DNA of 32,000 nt, from NCBI RefSeq assembly GCF_000196355.1, contig NC_007614.1, forward strand, positions 2,760,001 to 2,792,000. Reading direction: 5' to 3'. The stretch comes from Nitrosospira multiformis ATCC 25196 (lineage in GTDB: Bacteria > Pseudomonadota > Gammaproteobacteria > Burkholderiales > Nitrosomonadaceae). Under the pieces are notes generated by a model. That model saw only the letters and a list, made by a program, of their open reading frames with translations. It did no database searches and was not told the DNA's origin. The translations under genes were made by a program, and so were the position numbers. Each line of letters begins with the position of its first letter. The stretch's first letter is position 1. Positions 1 through 10,966 of the stretch are shown here, in pieces.

Positions 1-653
1 TTACTCAATGTATGCGGACTGACCGGCACCAGCGCAACCAGATCGAGGCTCGGATGGAGTATGGGACCGCCTGCCGACAACGCATACGCCGTCGAGCCCG
101 TTGGCGTGGCAACAATCAGGCCGTCGGAACGCAGCAAACAAACATATTCATCATTGATGCGCACTTCAAATTCGATCATGTTGCCGCCGATTCCCCGGTT
201 GACAGCCACGTCGTTCAGCGCCAGACCACCGAAGGTGGTGACATTGCTGCGCGCCACCTCCGCGTAGAGCAGCATGCGCTGTTCCGTAATATATCGACCT
301 TCGAGTATGGCACCAAGCGTTTGCTGCATGGTAACAATGGACAGGTCTGTAAGAAAGCCGAGGCGTCCCTGATTGATGCCGACCAGCGGCACATTGAAGG
401 GCGCAAGCTTCCGCGCGATATTGAGCATGGTACCGTCCCCGCCCAGGACGATTGCGAGGTCGGCGCGGCTGCCAATCTCCTCCATGGCTACAGCTGGATA
501 GCTGTCCTCATCCATGCTTGCAGCGGTGAGGTTGTCGAGCAGCACGGTCAGGTTCCGGCTTTGCAGATAGCGCGCCAAACTCGACAACGGTGTTACGATG
601 CCGGGGTTCTTGTGCTTGCCTATCAGTGCTATTGTCTGGAAGGAAGAACTCAT
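1..653 (-). CDS. nadK: NAD(+) kinase, N-terminal ~217 codons; the 3' end runs off the left edge of the window
   Basis: Absent from the ORF track because it has no in-window stop. The reverse complement from ATG 653..651 reads MSSSFQTIALIGKHKNPG...LAIVLGGDGTMLNIARKLAPFNVPLVGINQGRLGFLTD...GLIVATPTGSTAYALSAGGPILHP. It contains the NAD-kinase GGDGT, NxGxLGFL and TPTGSTAY motifs. The 12..722 + track ORF is its antisense shadow. Confidence 0.9.
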   Translation of the reverse strand, partial: MSSSFQTIALIGKHKNPGIVTPLSSLARYLQSRNLTVLLDNLTAASMDEDSYPAVAMEEIGSRADLAIVLGGDGTMLNIARKLAPFNVPLVGINQGRLGFLTDLSIVTMQQTLGAILEGRYITEQRMLLYAEVARSNVTTFGGLALNDVAVNRGIGGNMIEFEVRINDEYVCLLRSDGLIVATPTGSTAYALSAGGPILHPSLDLVALVPVSPHTLS

Positions 654-907
654 TCTATTGAATACCTTAGCTGCTTCTGCTATCTCCGAGCCGCGAAATG
701 GCTCTTCTCCTGCCGAGATTAAACCATATCGGCAGGAAGGTGACAAAGGGTTCCCATGGAAGGATCGGCCTTCCCGCCGACTCTATCCTGCTCATGCCGC
801 AAATCCTTATGGAATCTTTTCACTCGATTGAAGCTCAAAAGATGAGGTGCTGTTCCTTTTCGCGGGAACAGAAGGCTTAAAATGAAATCCTGGTGTAGAA
901 TATCCGA

Positions 908-1927
908 ATGCTGAACAAACGCGCACAGATTTTGCTTAAGACCCTGGTGGAACGCTATATAAGCGAAGGCCAGCCGGTGGGGTCGCGCTCGCTCTCAAAA
1001 TTTTCCGGGCTGGACCTCAGCGCGGCCACGATTCGAAATGTAATGGCGGATCTCGAGGACATGGGCCTGGTTGCCAGCCCCCATGCCTCTGCCGGCCGCA
1101 TACCTACTCATCAGGGCTATCGCTTTTTTGTGGATACGCTGCTGGTGGTCAAACCTCTGGATGTCATCGAGATTCATCAATTGCAGGATCAACTCCATCC
1201 GGATAATCCTTCACGGTTGATCAACTCCGCCTCGCAATTGCTCGCCGAACTCACCCGCTTTGCCGGAGTAGTAGTCAGCCCCAAGCGCAATAGCGCCATA
1301 TTCCGTTATATAGAATTCATGTCGCTGTCGGAAAAACGCGTTCTGCTCATCATTGTCACCCCGGAAGGAGACGTTCAAAATCGCGTGCTTTTCACCGACA
1401 GGAATTACAGTCAGTCTGAACTGACGGAAGCGGCGAATTTCATCAACCACAATTATGCCGGTTGCGCCATTGATGAGATCCGCACCCGCCTGCAAAGTGA
1501 ACTCAAGCAGTTGCGCCAGGACATGACCTCGTTGATGACCGCCGCCATCGATGCGGGCGATGCGGCAATCAGAGAAAACAGCGAGGCTGTAATAGTGGCT
1601 GGTGAGCGCAAGCTTCTGGATGTGCAGGATTTATCCAGCAATATGGCAAGCCTGAAAAAGCTGTTCGACTTGTTCGAACGCAAGACCGCGTTGCTGCAGT
1701 TGCTGGAATTCAGCCGCAAGGCGGAAGGTGTGCAAATCTTTATCGGGGAAGAATGCGGAGTCGTCACCATGGATGAATTCAGCGTTGTTACGGCACCTTA
1801 CAGGGTGGATGGGAAAATGGTCGGTACGGTTGCCGTCATCGGCCCTACCCGGATGGCTTACGAGCGTGTCATTCCTGTCGTGGATATGACGGCAAGGCTG
1901 CTGTCGAGCGCATTGTCCCTGCATTAA
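908..1927 (+). CDS. hrcA: Heat-inducible transcription repressor HrcA
   Basis: 339 aa. The N-terminus [30 protein letters not shown]...[15 protein letters not shown]...[10 protein letters not shown] is the typical HrcA winged-helix region. The length is right and the gene is divergent from nadK, as in many Betaproteobacteria. Confidence 0.93.
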   Translation: MLNKRAQILLKTLVERYISEGQPVGSRSLSKFSGLDLSAATIRNVMADLEDMGLVASPHASAGRIPTHQGYRFFVDTLLVVKPLDVIEIHQLQDQLHPDNPSRLINSASQLLAELTRFAGVVVSPKRNSAIFRYIEFMSLSEKRVLLIIVTPEGDVQNRVLFTDRNYSQSELTEAANFINHNYAGCAIDEIRTRLQSELKQLRQDMTSLMTAAIDAGDAAIRENSEAVIVAGERKLLDVQDLSSNMASLKKLFDLFERKTALLQLLEFSRKAEGVQIFIGEECGVVTMDEFSVVTAPYRVDGKMVGTVAVIGPTRMAYERVIPVVDMTARLLSSALSLH

Positions 1928-1953
1928 TTAAGAATCTTCGGAATCCTCCCGCC

Positions 1954-3066
1954 GTGATTTCCCCTGGGTCTGCTCTCCATCAGGACATATCCAGCCGGAC
2001 TGGAGTCCTGCTGATCAATCTCGGCACGCCGGATGCGCCCACTCCAGAGGCGCTACGGCCTTATCTCAAGCAGTTCCTCAGTAATCCCCGCGTTATAGAA
2101 TTGCCACAGTGGCTGTGGTGGCCGATACTCAACGGCATCATACTCAACACCCGACCGAAAAAATCGGCGGAAAAGTATGCGCAGGTGTGGATGCCGGAAG
2201 GCTCACCGCTCAAGGTGCACACTGCCCGCCAGACCCGGCTACTCCAGGATTTCCTGGGAAAACGCCTTCATTCCGCGCCGGTGGTGCAATATGCAATGAA
2301 CATAGGCAATCCTTCGGTAGCTGAAATGCTGGAGCGCTTCCGGGAACAGGGTTGCGACCGACTGCTCGTACTGCCGCTCTATCCCCAATACGCTGCCAGC
2401 AGTACTGCTTCAGCCTTCGATGAGATATTCGCGCAACTGGCGAAGCTGCGAAATATTCCCGCTGTGCGCACAGTGAAACACTATCACGATCATCCAGGAT
2501 ACATCGCCGCGCTCGCGAATAACGTGCGCGACCACTGGGCGAGAGCGGGCAGGCCGGATAAACTCGTGATGAGCTTTCATGGCATACCCCGAGCGTCGGT
2601 GGACAAAGGAGACCCGTACCAGGATGAATGCCGGAAAACGGGCCTCTTACTGGCGGAGGCGCTGGAACTGGACGCAAATCAGTATCAACTCTGCTTTCAG
2701 TCCCGCTTTGGCAGAGCGGAATGGCTGAGGCCTTACACAGCGGACACCTTGGAGCAGCTAGGCAGGCAAGGAACACGGCGCATCGATGTCGTCTGCCCCG
2801 GTTTTGTCTCCGACTGCCTTGAAACACTTGAAGAAATCGCCATGGAGGGCAAAAACATTTTTATCCAGGCCGGGGGACACGAGTTCCATTACATTCCCTG
2901 CCTGAATGAACGCGATGACTGGATACACGCCCTAGGTGACATTACCCTTGCCAATCTGCAGGGATGGATGGGCCCGGGTTTTGAGGAGAAAGGGTCCGAC
3001 AAGGATGGGGAGGTTATCGGCTTATCGCAAGGGGAGGCATCCCCGACCGATAAAAATACCGATTGA
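1954..3066 (+). CDS. hemH: Ferrochelatase
   Basis: 370 aa. It shows [44 protein letters not shown] and FSFHGIP-like (MSFHGIPR) motifs typical of HemH. GTG start at 1954; the start codon choice is uncertain. Confidence 0.9.
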   Translation: MISPGSALHQDISSRTGVLLINLGTPDAPTPEALRPYLKQFLSNPRVIELPQWLWWPILNGIILNTRPKKSAEKYAQVWMPEGSPLKVHTARQTRLLQDFLGKRLHSAPVVQYAMNIGNPSVAEMLERFREQGCDRLLVLPLYPQYAASSTASAFDEIFAQLAKLRNIPAVRTVKHYHDHPGYIAALANNVRDHWARAGRPDKLVMSFHGIPRASVDKGDPYQDECRKTGLLLAEALELDANQYQLCFQSRFGRAEWLRPYTADTLEQLGRQGTRRIDVVCPGFVSDCLETLEEIAMEGKNIFIQAGGHEFHYIPCLNERDDWIHALGDITLANLQGWMGPGFEEKGSDKDGEVIGLSQGEASPTDKNTD

Positions 3067-3144
3067 TGTGACAACCCTTTCCATTCCTTCTGCCTTTCTG
3101 AAGCATCCGCAAATCGGGTTCCGATTTGTCCGCTTGCGGTCTCT

Positions 3145-3804
3145 CTAGCGCGAACGGGCTGCAGCGCGGTTTTCGAGCCACCCCCGCATGAACTGGATCA
3201 CCCCGGGAAGGACGGAAATGATAATGATGCCGAAAATGAAGAAAGTCAGATTATTTTTTACTATCGGCACATTGCCAAAGAAGAACCCCCCGAACACGAA
3301 GAAACTGATCCAGAAAATGCTGCCGAAGGCGCTGTAAGCCATGAAACGGGGATAAATCATTTGTCCGATGCCTGCGACAAAGGGCGCAAAGGTACGGATG
3401 ATAGGCAGAAAACGCGCAAAGATGATTGTCTTTCCACCATGCCTGGCGTAAAAGGCCTCGGTTTTTTCCAGATGAGCGCGATTCAATAGGCGCGAATCAG
3501 TCCGCGTGAATATTCTCGGGCCGAAATAGCGCCCGATCCAATAATTCGTATTATCTCCGCAGAATGCGGCCAACATGAGGAGCGCTGCCAGTCCGGTTAC
3601 CTCCATCGCCCCTGTAGCTGCGATGGCGCCCGCGACAAACAGCAGCGAATCCCCTGGCAGGAATGGAGTCACCACCAAGCCTGTTTCACAAAAAATTATC
3701 AGGAACAGTATGAGATAAACCCAGCTGCCATAATTCTCCACCAGCCAGATCAGGTGTTTATCCAGGTGGAGGATGATGTCGATAAAGGTGGCAATAATTT
3801 CCAA
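3145..3804 (-). CDS. DedA-family inner-membrane protein
   Basis: The track ORF 3145..4077 overlaps secF in another frame. The DedA-like sequence (...LILFLIIFCETGLVVTPFLPGDSLLFVAGA...NYWIGRYFG...HGGKTIIFARFLPIIRTFAPFVAG) begins near the TTG at 3804, which is codon 92 of the track ORF and lies just downstream of the secF stop. The start is uncertain by a few codons. Confidence 0.8.
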   Translation of the reverse strand: MEIIATFIDIILHLDKHLIWLVENYGSWVYLILFLIIFCETGLVVTPFLPGDSLLFVAGAIAATGAMEVTGLAALLMLAAFCGDNTNYWIGRYFGPRIFTRTDSRLLNRAHLEKTEAFYARHGGKTIIFARFLPIIRTFAPFVAGIGQMIYPRFMAYSAFGSIFWISFFVFGGFFFGNVPIVKNNLTFFIFGIIIISVLPGVIQFMRGWLENRAAARSR

Positions 3805-3871
3805 AATGGACTGAATGGATATGAAAGGCCCCCCAGAGGGAAAAGCCTGAGTTTGATTTATGGATTCCGGT

Positions 3872-4804
3872 TCAAGGTACCGCTTCCGGTTCAGGCTTCT
3901 TTTCGGGTTTGACAATATCCTTGCGCGAAACACCCAATAGCATGAGAAGGGGGCTTGCGACCAGCACAGAGGAATAAATGCCGAACAGAATGCCGATGGT
4001 GAGGGCCAGAGCGAAGTAATGCAGGGATTCGCCGCCGAAAAGCAGCATCGATACAACGACCATCTGGGTGCTGCCATGCGTGATGATGGTACGCGACATG
4101 GTTCGGGTTATGGCATTGTCGATGACTTGCGCCACCGATGCCCGGCGCATTTTACGGAAGTTCTCGCGTATCCGGTCGAATACCACCACCGATTCGTTTA
4201 CCGAATACCCCAGAATCGCCAGTATGGCGGCAAGAACCGTGAGTGAAAATTCCCACTGGAAGAATGCGAAAAATCCCAGGATAATCACGACGTCATGCAA
4301 ATTGGCGATGATGCCGGAAACACCGAATTTCCACTCGAACCGCATTGCCAAATAAGCGACGATCCCCAGCGACACAATCAGCAAGGCCAGTGCGCCGTTT
4401 TCCACCAATTCCTTGCCCACTTGAGGGCCTACAAACTCTACCCGGCGCAACTCCGCCGTCTCATCATCCGCATGCAACGCGGCGATCACTGTCTCGGAAA
4501 GCTTTGCGCTCGACATGTCGGCCTTGGCTGGCAAGCGTATCAGCACATCCCGCGAAGTGCCGAAATTCTGCACGCTGGCGTCAGCCATTCCGAGCTTGAT
4601 CAAGGTGCCCCGGATGCGGTTGAGATCCGCCGGCTGGGTGTAGCTGACTTCCATGACCGTTCCGCCGGTAAAATCAACCCCCAGATTCAACCCCTTGGTA
4701 ACAAGGAAAAATACCGCCGCAATAAAAGTAACCAGGGAAATGGCCGTCGTATATTTCCCCCAGCTCATGAAAGGGATATCGCGCTTGAACCTGAAAAATT
4801 CCAT
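3872..4804 (-). CDS. secF: Protein translocase subunit SecF
   Basis: 310 aa. MEFFRFKRDIPFMSWGKY...GLNLGVDFTGGTVMEV plus C-terminal multi-TM region. It lies immediately downstream of secD. Confidence 0.95.
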   Translation of the reverse strand: MEFFRFKRDIPFMSWGKYTTAISLVTFIAAVFFLVTKGLNLGVDFTGGTVMEVSYTQPADLNRIRGTLIKLGMADASVQNFGTSRDVLIRLPAKADMSSAKLSETVIAALHADDETAELRRVEFVGPQVGKELVENGALALLIVSLGIVAYLAMRFEWKFGVSGIIANLHDVVIILGFFAFFQWEFSLTVLAAILAILGYSVNESVVVFDRIRENFRKMRRASVAQVIDNAITRTMSRTIITHGSTQMVVVSMLLFGGESLHYFALALTIGILFGIYSSVLVASPLLMLLGVSRKDIVKPEKKPEPEAVP

Positions 4805-4847
4805 TGATGACCCTTATTTTCTCCAAAGGTACGCTTTTTTTTCGCTG

Positions 4848-6692
4848 TCAGCGCTTGTTGGTCACAGGCTTCCACACCTGCCCAATGGAAACCCGCTCCA
4901 GTTTGCGGCGGCTGCCGTATACCAGATTGACGAATCCGCGCGAGACCATCACCGCGCTGAACATAGAAGTCAGGATACCCAGGCACAGCACCACTGCAAA
5001 TCCCTTTATCGGGCCCGAGCCGAATGCAAACAAAGCGATACCCGCAATCAGGGTAGTGATGTTGGAATCGAGAATGGTCGCCCAGGCACGCTCGTAGCCA
5101 GCGTTTATCGCCGCCTGCGGCGCCATGCCCTCTCTCAGTTCATCGCGTATGCGTTCGTTGATGAGCACATTGGCGTCAATGGCCATCCCCAGGGTAAGCG
5201 CAATAGCAGCCATGCCGGGCAGCGTGAGCGTTGCCTGCAGAATCGAAAGCAGGCCGACCAGCAGCAGCAGGTTGACCCCGAGTGCCAATACCGAGATGAA
5301 GCCGAATACCAGATAATAGATGGTCATGAAGACGGCGATGGCGGCAAAGCCATAGAGCGTGGAGTTAAATCCGCTCTCGATGTTTTCCGCACCCAGGCTC
5401 GGGCCTACGGTTCGCTCCTCGACGATATCCATGGGAGCAGCCAGCGCGCCCGCGCGTAGCAGCAATGCCACATCCCGCGCTTCCTCGGAAGTCATGCGGC
5501 CGCTGATCTGCACCCTTCCACCGCCGATTTCTTCCCGGATCACCGGCGCGGTGATCACTTCGGCCTGGTTTTTCTCGATCAGCAGAATGGCCATGCGCTT
5601 GCCGACGTTATCGCGGGTAAGCTGCTGGAAAATGCGGGCTCCGCTGTTGTCCAGGTTGAGGTGCACCGCGGGCTGGTTATTATTGTCGAAGCCCGGCTGC
5701 GCATCGTTGATCCGGTCACCTGTCAGCACTACCTGTTTCTTTACCAGTAATGGCCCGCCTCCGCGTTCGCTGTACAGCTCGGAGCCAAAGGGAATCTGCC
5801 CTCTCAGTGCCGCGCTGAGGTCGTGTTCCTCGTCAACCATGCGGACTTCGAGTGTCGCGGTGCGCCCCAGAATATCCTTGGCTTTGGCGGTATCCTGCAC
5901 ACCGGGCAGTTGCACTACCACCCGGTCTGCTCCGGCCTGCTGAATGATAGGCTCAGCCACACCGAGCTCGTTGACACGATTGCGCAGGGTCGTGATGTTC
6001 TGCTGTACGGCGGCGTCCTGAATGCGCTTCTGTGCCTCCGGCCTCAACGTGGCCGCCAGATGGAACTCGGTGCTGACATTCTCTTCCCGTAAATCCAGGT
6101 CAGGATAGTTCTTTTTGATTTCCGCCTCTGCCTGCGCGCGCGATTCTGCATTGCGGAATTTGACGATGATCAGCGAGCCGCGCTTGTCGAGGCCTGCATA
6201 GGGAATTTTTTTCTCCCGCAAGCTGCCGCGGATATCGGAACTGAAGCGGTCAAGGGCTTTGGAGAGGGCGCCTTTCATATCCACTTCCAGCAGAAAATGG
6301 ACGCCACCGCGGAGATCGAGCCCGAGATACATCGGCAGTGCGCCTATACTGGTCAGCCACTGGGGAGAATTGGGCAGGAGATTCAGTGCCACCATGTAGC
6401 CATTGCCCAGCAGCGACTGCAGTGCGTCCCTTGCCCTGATCTGCGTATCGGTATCGGCAAAGCGTACCTTGATGCTGCCCCCCTCCAGAAACATGCCGGT
6501 AGTAGGGAGATCGGCTTTTTTAAGTGCCTCTTCGACGCGATTCAACAACCCGGTATCAGCCTTGGCCGCATTCCTCAGGGGCGAAATCTGCACCGCCGGC
6601 GACTCTCCATAGAAATTCGGGAGGGTATAGAGCAGACCAAGCAGTATCGAAACCGCGATAAAGAGGTATTTCCAGGCAGGATAGCGGTTCAT
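4848..6692 (-). CDS. secD: Protein translocase subunit SecD
   Basis: 614 aa. MNRYPAWKYLFIAVSILLGLLYTLPNFYGE...LGLDLRGGVHFLLEVD... with a C-terminal SecD/SecF TM bundle. Confidence 0.95.
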   Translation of the reverse strand: MNRYPAWKYLFIAVSILLGLLYTLPNFYGESPAVQISPLRNAAKADTGLLNRVEEALKKADLPTTGMFLEGGSIKVRFADTDTQIRARDALQSLLGNGYMVALNLLPNSPQWLTSIGALPMYLGLDLRGGVHFLLEVDMKGALSKALDRFSSDIRGSLREKKIPYAGLDKRGSLIIVKFRNAESRAQAEAEIKKNYPDLDLREENVSTEFHLAATLRPEAQKRIQDAAVQQNITTLRNRVNELGVAEPIIQQAGADRVVVQLPGVQDTAKAKDILGRTATLEVRMVDEEHDLSAALRGQIPFGSELYSERGGGPLLVKKQVVLTGDRINDAQPGFDNNNQPAVHLNLDNSGARIFQQLTRDNVGKRMAILLIEKNQAEVITAPVIREEIGGGRVQISGRMTSEEARDVALLLRAGALAAPMDIVEERTVGPSLGAENIESGFNSTLYGFAAIAVFMTIYYLVFGFISVLALGVNLLLLVGLLSILQATLTLPGMAAIALTLGMAIDANVLINERIRDELREGMAPQAAINAGYERAWATILDSNITTLIAGIALFAFGSGPIKGFAVVLCLGILTSMFSAVMVSRGFVNLVYGSRRKLERVSIGQVWKPVTNKR

Positions 6693-6761
6693 GTTTTCGG
6701 AGTAGCCAGAGGAGGAGGAGAGTGCAGCGACCGCGCCATACGGCGTTTACAATAGTTTCAA

Positions 6762-7100
6762 TTATTCTTTTTCGATGGTATTCAATGTTCCCTTGGGGAG
6801 CAGGGTTTGAACAGAGGATTTCTGTATGACAATCTGCACATTCTCGGCAACCTGCAAGACGATGTAATTTCCACTGATCCTGGCTACCCGACCCAGCACG
6901 CCCGCCGCAGTCGCCACTTCATCCCCTTTTTGCAACGCCTCGATCATCAGCTTCTGTTCCTTGACACGCTTCGTCTACGGACGAATCAGCAACAGGTAAA
7001 ACACGACGAATATGGCGATCAGCGGGAGCAGACTCATGAAATCGGCTCCGGGCGGTGCGGCAGGTGCGGTGGCCTGAGCGTAGGCTGCACTAATCAACAT
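6762..7100 (-). pseudogene. yajC: Preprotein translocase subunit YajC interrupted by an in-frame TAG at codon 42 (6975..6977)
   Basis: Reading from ATG 7100..7098 (GGAG 6 nt upstream) gives MLISAAYAQATAPAAPPGADFMSLLPLIAIFVVFYLLLIRP*TKRVKEQKLMIEALQKGDEV...PKGTLNTIEKE. This is 112 codons in one frame, with TAG where YajC proteins have Gln (E. coli ...ILRPQQKRTKEHKKLM...). The track lists only the 61-aa tail (6762..6947). Confidence 0.85.
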
Positions 7101-7139
7101 GACATTCTCCGGTAATGGGATAAAAAGAACGTGATTTTA

Positions 7140-8246
<1,107 letters not shown>

Positions 8247-8361
8247 TCAAGCTACTGAATATGGCAGTTTTATAGAAAGAAGACCAAGCAGTTTTTTAGA
8301 AGATAGCGCTATGACTGAAGGCAAACGATTCTGTCCGCGGAGTGTTATTCCAGGCTTTAAT

Positions 8362-9432
8362 CTATATCCCCTCTGCCCTTCCGATCAGCATCGCATCGCC
8401 AAAACTGAAAAAGCGATAGCGTTCTTTGATCGCATGCCGATACGCACACCGGATATTTTCGACGCCACCGAATGCGGACACGAGCATTAACAAGGTCGAG
8501 CGGGGCAAATGAAAGTTGGTCAGCAGGCAATCCACTACCCGGAACTGATAACCCGGCGTAATGAAAATATCGGTCTCGCCGGCTCCGCATTTTATCCGAA
8601 CGCCATCCCCATTATCCGCTTCCGCCCGCTCGCCCGCGAATGCTGCCGCGGCCTCCAGTGCCCTGAGCGAGGTGGTGCCCACTGCCAGTACCCGGCCGCC
8701 CTCGGCTTTCGCATGCCTAATGCATTCCACGGTTTCCGCAGAGACATAAAAAACTTCGCTGTGCATCCTGTGATCGGCAATATTTTCCACCCGCACCGGC
8801 TGGAAAGTGCCGGAGCCCACATGCAGCGTCACATGCGCCATCACCACACCCATTTTGCGCAACAACCCCAGCATGTGCTCATCGAAATGCAGTCCCGCCG
8901 TTGGAGCCGCCACTGCACCCGGTCGAGCCGCATAAACGGTCTGATACCGCAGCTCGTCGGATTTTTCCACGGGGCGCGATATATAGGGAGGCAAAGGCAG
9001 ATTGCCGTAACGTTCCAGCAACTCCATGACCCCACTCTCGTGCTCGAATTGCAGGATATAAAAACCGTGCTCACGGGACAGGACGGTGACCTCTATCGCA
9101 CCAGCAAGGAAAAGCTTCGATCCCGGTTTCGGTGAATGACTGGCGCGAATAGCAGCCAGCGCGCAATGGCTGTCCAGCACACGCTCCACCAGGACCTCGA
9201 CCCTGCCGCCGGTATCTCTCACGCCATACAGGCGCGCTTTGATGACGCGGGTATCGTTAAAGACAATCACGTCGCCGGGACGCAAATACGATGGAAGGTC
9301 GGCAAACATCCTGTCCTGCAGTGCGCCGCTTGTGGCGTCGAGATGCAGCATGCGGCTATTGCCCCGCTTCTCGGCCGGAAACTGCGCAATGAGTTCAGGA
9401 GGAAGGTCGAAGTCGAAATCCTGAATTTTCAT
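8362..9432 (-). CDS. queA: S-adenosylmethionine:tRNA ribosyltransferase-isomerase
   Basis: 356 aa. [32 protein letters not shown]...LPLPPYI...TAGLHF...[10 protein letters not shown] are typical QueA motifs. It is adjacent to tgt. Confidence 0.95.
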   Translation of the reverse strand: MKIQDFDFDLPPELIAQFPAEKRGNSRMLHLDATSGALQDRMFADLPSYLRPGDVIVFNDTRVIKARLYGVRDTGGRVEVLVERVLDSHCALAAIRASHSPKPGSKLFLAGAIEVTVLSREHGFYILQFEHESGVMELLERYGNLPLPPYISRPVEKSDELRYQTVYAARPGAVAAPTAGLHFDEHMLGLLRKMGVVMAHVTLHVGSGTFQPVRVENIADHRMHSEVFYVSAETVECIRHAKAEGGRVLAVGTTSLRALEAAAAFAGERAEADNGDGVRIKCGAGETDIFITPGYQFRVVDCLLTNFHLPRSTLLMLVSAFGGVENIRCAYRHAIKERYRFFSFGDAMLIGRAEGI

Positions 9433-9528
9433 TGGACGTATTATACGGCAGCAGGAATCGCGCTACGGGTTGCCGCAAATGGGGTTTTCAGTGATAATGC
9501 CCCTCCTGTAAAGAACAGGAAAAGCTTT

Positions 9529-9615
9529 GCCGGGATGGCGGAATTGGTAGACGCACGGGACTCAAAATCCCGCGACCGCGAGGTCATGGGGGTTCGATTC
9601 CCCCTCCCGGCACCA
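9529..9615 (+). tRNA. tRNA-Leu, anticodon CAA, encoded CCA end
   Basis: Hand-folded cloverleaf. Acceptor GCCGGGA/TCCCGGC, anticodon stem CGGGA/TCCCG with loop CTCAAAA, long variable arm CGACCGCGAGGTCAT, T arm GGGGG-TTCGATT-CCCCC, then A-CCA. Coordinates cross-checked against the frame of the overlapping track ORF 9136..9651. Confidence 0.93.
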
Positions 9616-9770
9616 CTAGTTTACCTCTCAACCTATTACCTTCTCTCTTAAGCCCTTTATTTTGCTTTTTGGCTAGTCCTCTCACGAAATCATAGGTATC
9701 TCGACATACCGTTAATCTCATCGGTATTTTTGGCGGTACTTCAATATACCGCCAGCCTAGATACCCTAAT

Positions 9771-10050
9771 GGGCCATTTACTCGCACTGCTGTCGGAAAA
9801 CCTTCTGGGAAGCCCTACAAACCAACTCACGGGAAAGAGCCATATCTGCTCGTTATCCGAAAATGCCGCCACAGATAGTCCGCGGCTTCCCCTGGTCAGA
9901 TTTTTTGACGGATCAAGCTCTTGAGAAACTAACTGTGACTGCCCTCGCATTATTGCATGCGTACTCGCATGATGTTTCTGTGCAAGGTGCTGGAACAGTA
10001 GAATTACAGGAGTTGGGGTGGGATTTCATTCGTAGCCGGGCAGGAATTAA
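9771..10050 (+). pseudogene. Relic of a P4-type tyrosine integrase: N-terminal arm-domain fragment, with a possible C-terminal fragment after a large internal deletion
   Basis: The frame starting at 9771 reads GPFTRTAVGKPSGKPYKPTHGKEPYLLVIRKCRHR*. This matches the conserved integrase N-terminus LTDTxIRxxKPxxKPYKLxDGxGLYLLVxPxG. A second frame (about 9968..10050) reads HDVSVQGAGTVELQELGWDFIRSRAG. It is weakly reminiscent of the HDLRRTxxTxLxELG catalytic region but lacks the Arg residues. Location directly 3' of a tRNA gene fits this family. Confidence 0.5.
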
Positions 10051-10074
10051 AGATTGCAATAGCCGGGGGAGTGG

Positions 10075-10587
10075 TTAATCTCTGTCGCTTTCAATAAGGT
10101 TGCCGTCTTCATCAACCTTTATCTCAATCTTCGAACCATCGGTTTTTCTTACTTCGGCTGCATAAATCGATTTCAATCCGCCACCGACCGCTTCGGTTTT
10201 TTTCTTGATCTCTTCGATATTTCCGCTACCTCCATTTTCAGTTATCGTTTTTTGCACCTCTGCCGGAACATCGGACCACTCGATTTTTTCGTTCAAGAGC
10301 CCCGAGACGTCGTGGAATATAGTCCTTGGCGCGTTAGGGTAGGACACGATTCCTGTGGCATTGGGATTGGACGAGATCCCCTTCGCATTCGGGTCAGACG
10401 AGGTTCCTGTGGCGTTAGGGTCGGATGAAATCCCCTGGGCGCCGGGATTGGACGAGATCCCCTTGACGTTGGGGGAGGATACGATACCTGTAGCGTTAGG
10501 GTCGGACGAAATTCCCGTGGCGTTGGAGGGCGACACGATAAAAAATAGGGGTATAAGGGGGAATAATCTCACTATCAAGTGCTCCAA
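10075..10587 (-). CDS. Secreted protein with seven or eight nonapeptide repeats (N-A-T-G-I-S-S-D/N-P) and a PepSY-like C-terminal domain
   Basis: 170 aa with a TTG start and no visible SD. It has a hydrophobic N-terminus LIVRLFPLIPLFFIVSPS and repeats NATGISSDP/NATGIVSSP/NVKGISSNP/GAQGISSDP/NATGTSSDP/NAKGISSNP/NATGIVSYP. The C-terminus KIEWSDVPAEVQKTITENGG...YAAEVRKTDGSKIEIKVDEDGNLIESD resembles small PepSY-like beta-lactamase-inhibitor-like folds. That resemblance is inference. Confidence 0.55.
   Translation of the reverse strand: MEHLIVRLFPLIPLFFIVSPSNATGISSDPNATGIVSSPNVKGISSNPGAQGISSDPNATGTSSDPNAKGISSNPNATGIVSYPNAPRTIFHDVSGLLNEKIEWSDVPAEVQKTITENGGSGNIEEIKKKTEAVGGGLKSIYAAEVRKTDGSKIEIKVDEDGNLIESDRD
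10336..10524 (-). repeat. Coding tandem repeat, 27-bp unit x7 (imperfect)
   Basis: The DNA shows the recurring unit gg(a/g)ttggacgagatcccc(t/c)t... . It corresponds to residues 22-84 of the 170-aa ORF. Confidence 0.85.
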
Positions 10588-10757
10588 GCGAAGATAGCTG
10601 ATCGACCTGAAAAAATCTGTAGCAGTTCAGGCTTAATCTGCCAGGTATTGATGTCCTTATTGACGCTAACCGGAGGAAGTCCAATCCCCGGAATCGAGTT
10701 GAAGAAGCAATCGAGATGGCAGTGGCTGCATTTGAGTCATGACGCAAAGAAGAGAAG

Positions 10758-10966
10758 AGCAAATTTACCGAGCAGGAGATTCTTTTGCCCTAAAGGAGGG
10801 TGAGGTTGCCACGCCAGTTGAAGGAGTTCGAATTCCTATACTTCTGATCGGTGCTGATTTCGAGGCGAACGCCACACACCGAAATTCTACTAACGATTTT
10901 GCTAAATCCTGAGGGACGAGGTCAGTACGACCGCAAACTCTGCTTACGCAGCCGCACAGACAATAA
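10758..10966 (+). mobile_element. Degenerate IS3-family transposase OrfA (HTH) relic with frameshifts and stops
   Basis: Pieces in shifting frames: SKFTEQEILL / ALKEGEVATPVEG / IGADFEANA / NDFAKS*GTRSVRPQTLLTQ. They follow the order of IS3/IS407-type OrfA (RFTEEQIIGxLKEAEAGxPVxELCRKHGIS..FYxWRxKFGGM..AKRLKxLExENxRLKKLLAE). No intact ORF and no inverted repeats were recognised. Confidence 0.4.

Noticed and set aside
12-722. 236-aa plus-strand ORF at the left edge
   Set aside because: It is Arg/Gln-rich with no recognisable motifs. It lies exactly antisense to a clear NAD-kinase reading frame on the minus strand, so it is a shadow ORF.
654-907. Search for a CIRCE operator (TTAGCACTC-N9-GAGTGCTAA) upstream of hrcA
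   Set aside because: Only a non-palindromic TTAGCTGCT...GAGC string is present, with no inverted repeat of the CIRCE type.
2210-2827. Long antisense ORFs inside hemH, secD, tgt, queA and the pel genes (for example 2210..2827-, 5359..5943+, 8509..9135+, 4653..5459+)
   Set aside because: Each is embedded opposite a gene with strong family motifs and has a skewed Arg/Pro/Ser/Ala composition. These are typical shadow frames of moderately GC-rich coding DNA.
3805-4077. N-terminal 91 codons of the 310-aa track ORF 3145..4077
   Set aside because: This part overlaps the 3' end of secF in another frame and has a Cys/Trp/Ser-rich composition. DedA homology starts only near 3804.
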